Source: an uncultured cyanobacterium (lineage in GTDB: Bacteria; Cyanobacteriota; Cyanobacteriia; Cyanobacteriales; CAWCAG01). From it: 64,000 nt of DNA. A program made the position numbers and the translations under genes. The notes under the pieces were generated by a model that saw only the letters and a program-made list of their open reading frames with translations, did not search any database and was not told the DNA's origin. Below are positions 61,239 through 64,000 of the stretch, piece after piece; within the stretch, counting starts at the first letter, position 1, and every line of letters begins with the position of its first letter. The stretch is taken from contig CAWCAG010000001.1 in assembly GCA_963793425.1 (NCBI GenBank), positions 57,455 through 121,454 on the forward strand. The letters run 5' to 3'.

Positions 61239-62433
61239 AATTCAACAGCAACAAGTCACCAGAGGAAACACTACCCTCAACATTACCAACAGCTAACAAA
61301 CCGTTGCGATCGCGATAAGTTACCAGCCCTTGTTTATCAACAACTTTAAACTGCATTCCTGGTTCAAGTTTACCAGGATCAATGCCACCTAACCAAAATT
61401 TAGCCTGGTTGTTTTCCACTTTAATTACTGCACCGTGGGCTGCTGATCTAGTAGGAGAATTAAAATAAACTGGTTGTTGTCCATAATCTGTATCTACTTC
61501 CACTTCTAAAGTAGGAGTTTGTCGGAAATCTTTTTCTTTGAAGTAGTTAGCAAGCTTCTCTACTGTATAGGCAACCGCTTCTTCTGGAGTAGTATTTTCT
61601 TGCCAAAGATATTGAGTGAAGGTATGGGTAAAGATCCCAGCGTAAAAGCCGTTAAGACGAACATCAGCAGCATATTGGTTAGGATTTGTTGAGGCAATGA
61701 CAACTCCCTTAGCAACTCCCTCACGATAACCAGCAATGAATTCTTCAGGGGAAAGATTTAACTTACTTAACCATTGTTCTTGATAAGTTTTTTCTTTCGG
61801 AGAAACTAAAGTTTTTTCACCTCCTAAGCGGGAACGAATCCGGAAATCATTTTTAGTAGCAGCACCAGAAAAACAACTATCTAACACTGCCGTAAAATTC
61901 TCTGTGGGGACAGCAGACATGAGCAGATAAAGGGTATGACCCATGATATCTTCAACAATAGTTTCTTCTCGAATATATTCTCTGGGAGTAGCATCAAAAG
62001 GTACGAAAGTACCGTTTAAATTACTTTCTTTCTTGTTAGGATCGCTAACAATAGGATCGGGATCAAAAATCAGGGAACCGTGACCAGAATAGTGATAAAC
62101 TGCTATATCTCCTGGTTTAACTTGGTTAATTAAATATTCTTCAAAAGCACCCAGTATCCCCTCACGAGTGGCTTTTTCGTCGAGAAGAATATGAATATCT
62201 TTGGGATTAAAACCAAAGCGGTTAATTAATAACTCTTGTTGCATAAAAACATCATTCACACAACCTTCAAGAGGGCCAGCGTATTGATATTTATTAATAC
62301 CCACTAAAAGAGCAACTTTGCGGGGTGTATCCTGTGCTAAAACTTTACCATAACGTTCCCATTTACTTAAGCCTAAAGTAGCTAAGGTAGCCCCAGCAAA
62401 TTGCAAAAAATGACGACGAGATAGTTTACTCAT
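61231..62433 (-). CDS. Caspase-family (peptidase C14) protein with a twin-arginine signal
   Basis: The Tat-like motif is SRRHFLQFAGATLATLG. The catalytic His context is VYHYSGHG and the Cys context is LDSCFSG. An extra C-terminal beta-rich domain of about 70 aa follows. Confidence 0.85.
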   Translation of the reverse strand: MSKLSRRHFLQFAGATLATLGLSKWERYGKVLAQDTPRKVALLVGINKYQYAGPLEGCVNDVFMQQELLINRFGFNPKDIHILLDEKATREGILGAFEEYLINQVKPGDIAVYHYSGHGSLIFDPDPIVSDPNKKESNLNGTFVPFDATPREYIREETIVEDIMGHTLYLLMSAVPTENFTAVLDSCFSGAATKNDFRIRSRLGGEKTLVSPKEKTYQEQWLSKLNLSPEEFIAGYREGVAKGVVIASTNPNQYAADVRLNGFYAGIFTHTFTQYLWQENTTPEEAVAYTVEKLANYFKEKDFRQTPTLEVEVDTDYGQQPVYFNSPTRSAAHGAVIKVENNQAKFWLGGIDPGKLEPGMQFKVVDKQGLVTYRDRNGLLAVGNVEGSVSSGDLLLLNSI

Positions 62434-62596
62434 ATCTAGATTAGTTCTCCTTTATTTAATAGGTTAATTATTGTCATACCAGATTGGTGGGTGAAAGTTT
62501 ATCAAGATTTAGTGAAGAAAGAAATAATTATTCAATTAATTATATTTCGTAGCCAAGTCTCAAGAATTACGCAAATCCGCCAAAATCTTTCTAGTA

Positions 62597-62652
62597 TTAC
62601 TTATCACTTATCACTTATTACTTATTACTTATCACTTATTACTTATTACTTA
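62597..62652. repeat. Heptamer tandem repeat (TTACTTA/TCACTTA x8)
   Basis: Eight contiguous units were read directly from the sequence. The array lies between the caspase gene start and the CHAT gene stop. Confidence 0.9.
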
Positions 62653-62654
62653 AC

Positions 62655-64000
62655 CTACCATTCTCCTTGCACAGTAAAAGCAGCCCAGTGATAAGGGTCT
62701 TTTTCCGCACTATCACTTCGCCACATTTCTAATTGTGCCGCCCTCAATGCTGCTGCTGGTTGAAGATTGTCTTGGTACATTTTTTCATAAAACTTACTCA
62801 TCAACTTAGAAGTAGAAAGATCCTGCACTGCCCAAAAACTTACTACCACCCGCTTTGCCCCGGCATACATAAAGCCCCTAGTTAAACTAACTAATCCTTC
62901 CCCTGCTAACTCTTGCCCTAAACCTGTTTCACAAGCGCTTAATACTACTAATTCTGCTGGCAAGTTGAGGTTATAAATATTATTTAAACGGAGTAAAGGA
63001 TCTTGAAATTCTCCTTCGGAGTTGTAAGCTGATAGGGCTAAACCAGAAAGTTGTGGCTTATCTTTATTAATGCAACCGTGGGTAGAAAAGTGTACGGTCT
63101 GGTAGTTGGCAAGTTGAGGACTAGTTGCCGTAGCTAGGGAAGCTTCATGACCTAACGCTGCAAAGCTTTGGCTTTCTGGGACAAGGGCAAGAATATTTTC
63201 TGCTTCTGTGCGGGTGAATTGTAGTTGGGCTAGGGATAAGCAGGATTCTAAAGCTTGTCTAGTTGAATCTTCTCTAGGATTTTCATAATCTCTTTCTTCT
63301 CCTGATTCATAAACCGGGTCGGCAAGGACAGCAAGTTTTTTAGGGGCAAGAGGACGACCTTTGACTTGTTTTCTCAATGCAGCAAGGCTAGAAGCGGAAG
63401 GGAGAGTAATGATTTCGTGGTTGGCTAACAGAGGTTGGGAGTTAGCGGTGGGTAGGGCAGCAAAGGGGATACTTTGTAAGATTCCGTCTCCGACGATTAA
63501 GAGACGTTTGTTTTCTAATTCTTTAGCAGCAGGGGCGAGGAGGATTTGCTGAGTTGTTGGGCAGCTTCTGGATCTTTAATATTAACGTCGGCTATGTCGT
63601 CGCGGAATTTTTGGGCTAATTTTTCTATTTCTGCTTGGGGAGGGAGTTCATAACTAGTAACTTTGTTTTTACTAACTACCCAAAGATAGCTTTGTTTTTC
63701 GCTGAGGTAATATTCTAAGAGGATGGTGTCATCATCTAGGAGTTGTTGAATTTCTTCTGTTTGTAGGGTGAATTTAGTAGGTTGGTTGATGGCAGCGTAG
63801 TTAGGGCTTTTGAGGCGGATGGTGGCTTCTACTTGGTCAAGTTTAGTTAAGAGTTCGTTGATTTGGTCGTTGACGACTTCTTTTTCTGCGTCGCTAGCAC
63901 TAACACTCCTTTGCAGTTTGCCTTGATTTTCTAGGGCGGCAGTAAGTTGTTTGTTGAGTTGTTTTTCTTGTGCTAAAAGTTCTGCATCTATACCTTGACG
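62655..64000 (-). pseudogene. CHAT-domain protein, 5' end outside the window, apparent 1-nt frameshift near 63545-63547
   Basis: The CHAT catalytic dyad contexts are HFSTHG and LSACETG. The downstream frame is open to 63575 (…QQILLAPAAKELENKRLLIVGDGILQSIPFAALP). The upstream frame is open from the window edge and stops at 63515-63517 (…DPEAAQQLSKSSSPLLLKN*). Confidence 0.75.

Noticed and set aside
50464-62652. The possibility that the tandem short repeats are CRISPR arrays
   Set aside because: The units are contiguous 7-mers with no unique spacers of about 30-40 nt, and there are no cas genes in the window. They are STRR-like microsatellite arrays.
62491-62691. 66-aa plus-strand ORF
   Set aside because: It is largely encoded by the eight TTACTTA/TCACTTA heptamers (ITYHLSLITYYLSLITYYL) and overlaps the CHAT gene stop. 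It is a repeat artefact.
1-64000. Mobile elements, prophage or an integrated island (for example next to the two tRNA-Leu genes)
   Set aside because: There are no integrase, transposase, phage structural or recombinase ORFs. I saw no direct repeat of a tRNA 3' end. HIP1 sites occur throughout the window.

Overview
This is a chromosomal window from a cyanobacterium. The evidence is the split rpoB-rpoC1-rpoC2 operon, psaE, ndhO, psbY, cyanoQ/psbQ and psb27, at least two dozen GCGATCGC (HIP1) palindromes counted by eye, and heptamer tandem repeats in many intergenic spacers. I can support about 55 protein-coding genes and two tRNA-Leu genes, both on the minus strand and both without introns. I also found one small photosystem gene (psbY, 39 aa) that is below the cutoff of the ORF track. 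I saw no transposase, integrase, CRISPR array or prophage signal, so most of the window is core housekeeping: ispG, cysH, two M16 peptidases, mltG, tsaB, ptrB, hisD, hisC, hisS, rpsT, tatD, mutM, mdh and pfkA. The most unusual content is as follows. (1) At 11.4-17.0 kb, two co-directional genes encode paralogous AAA_35-like P-loop NTPases. One is fused to an HTH-like module and a TIR module; the other is fused to four cNMP-type GAF domains with no output domain. An HD-domain gene is transcribed divergently from the pair. I consider this the best candidate for an undescribed nucleotide-signalling or conflict system. (2) An orphan DndE-like gene sits between long AT-rich spacers. (3) A caspase (C14) with a Tat signal lies next to a CHAT-domain gene at the 3' edge of the window. 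(4) Two genes, a ThiO-like FAD oxidase and the CHAT protein, each carry an apparent single-base frameshift in a homopolymer run. (5) Smaller observations include a PsaE with a roughly 45-aa C-terminal tail, a palindromic hairpin with 11-bp arms present at two gene ends, composite G-rich plus heptamer repeat modules, and a seven-repeat propeller-like protein whose 3' end overlaps ispG. All domain calls come from motif recognition by eye, not from database searches.
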